The translations under genes were made by a program, and so were the position numbers. A stretch of 46,810 nucleotides of DNA. Origin: a bacterium. Lineage in GTDB: Bacteria; Hydrothermota; 32-111. The stretch is taken from positions 1 through 46,810 of the forward strand of contig JBFXGO010000014.1 in the NCBI GenBank assembly GCA_050239825.1, written 5' to 3'. A model generated the notes under the pieces. That model had not been told where the DNA came from. It was given only the letters and a program-made list of their open reading frames with translations, and ran no database searches. Of the stretch, positions 46,425 to 46,810 are shown one piece after another. Position 1 is the stretch's first letter, and every line of letters begins with the position of its first letter.

Positions 46425-46810
46425 GGGACACTCCGTCACCTCTCTTGAATAGAAGCATGTTCCTGCCCGGTGAACGAACCCCTTCTTACCCGAAGGGACA
46501 CTCCGTCACCTCTCTTGAATAGAAGCATGTCCCTGCCCGGTGAACGAACCCCTTCTTACCCGAAGGGACACTCCGTCACCTCTCTTGAATAGAAGCATGT
46601 CCCTGCCCGGTGAACGAACCCCTTCTACGGGGTTGTGCTTCGCGCACGGCTTTCAGCCGCTTCGAGTCCCTCTATGTTAAAGAAAATGCGCCCGAAGGGA
46701 CACTCCGTCACCTCTCTGGAATAGAAGCATGTCCCTGCCCGGTGAGCGAACCCCTTCGACGGGGTTGTGCTTCGCACACGGCTTTCAGCCGCTTCGAGTC
46801 GCGCTATGTC
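46425..46810 (-). repeat. Tandem repeats (70, 70, 132 bp, then partial) carrying a probable tRNA-Arg 3' end
   Basis: GGGACACTCCGTCACC at 46425, 46495, 46565, 46697; TGCGCCCGAAGGGAC is the reverse complement of GTCCCTTCGGGCGCA. Confidence 0.85.

Overview
AT-rich bacterial chromosomal segment with almost all genes on the minus strand. The gene content (PorV/PorQ-like protein, D-[ST]-hydrophobic sequons in exported proteins, Mla system, butyrate kinase plus a four-subunit 2-oxoacid:ferredoxin oxidoreductase) suggests a diderm anaerobe near the FCB group; this is inference only. Bases 1-26.6 kb hold housekeeping and metabolic genes (mlaDFE, dnaB, UDG, coaBC, rpoZ, gmk, yicC, dtd, yidD, recJ-like, scpA, fbp, djlA, ychF, oxidoreductase, buk, clpC, an ECF sigma operon). 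Bases 26.6-40.9 kb are a Myxococcus/Geobacter-style type IVa pilus locus with two PilB paralogues, two sigma-54-driven pilins and an inverted glycosyltransferase. The most unusual part is 41.0-46.8 kb, a mostly non-coding mosaic of nested structured repeats around two tRNA-Ser genes. It contains (i) two arrays with nine copies of a ~110-nt long hairpin separated by interchangeable hairpin modules A/B/C, (ii) a ~140-190-bp element that duplicates the 3' 17 nt of whichever tRNA it follows and carries an inverted copy of that tRNA's T-arm, (iii) a small REP-like hairpin nested inside both, and (iv) a minimal GIY-YIG nuclease gene tightly bracketed by 44-bp inverted elements. No cas, integrase or transposase gene is visible in the window.
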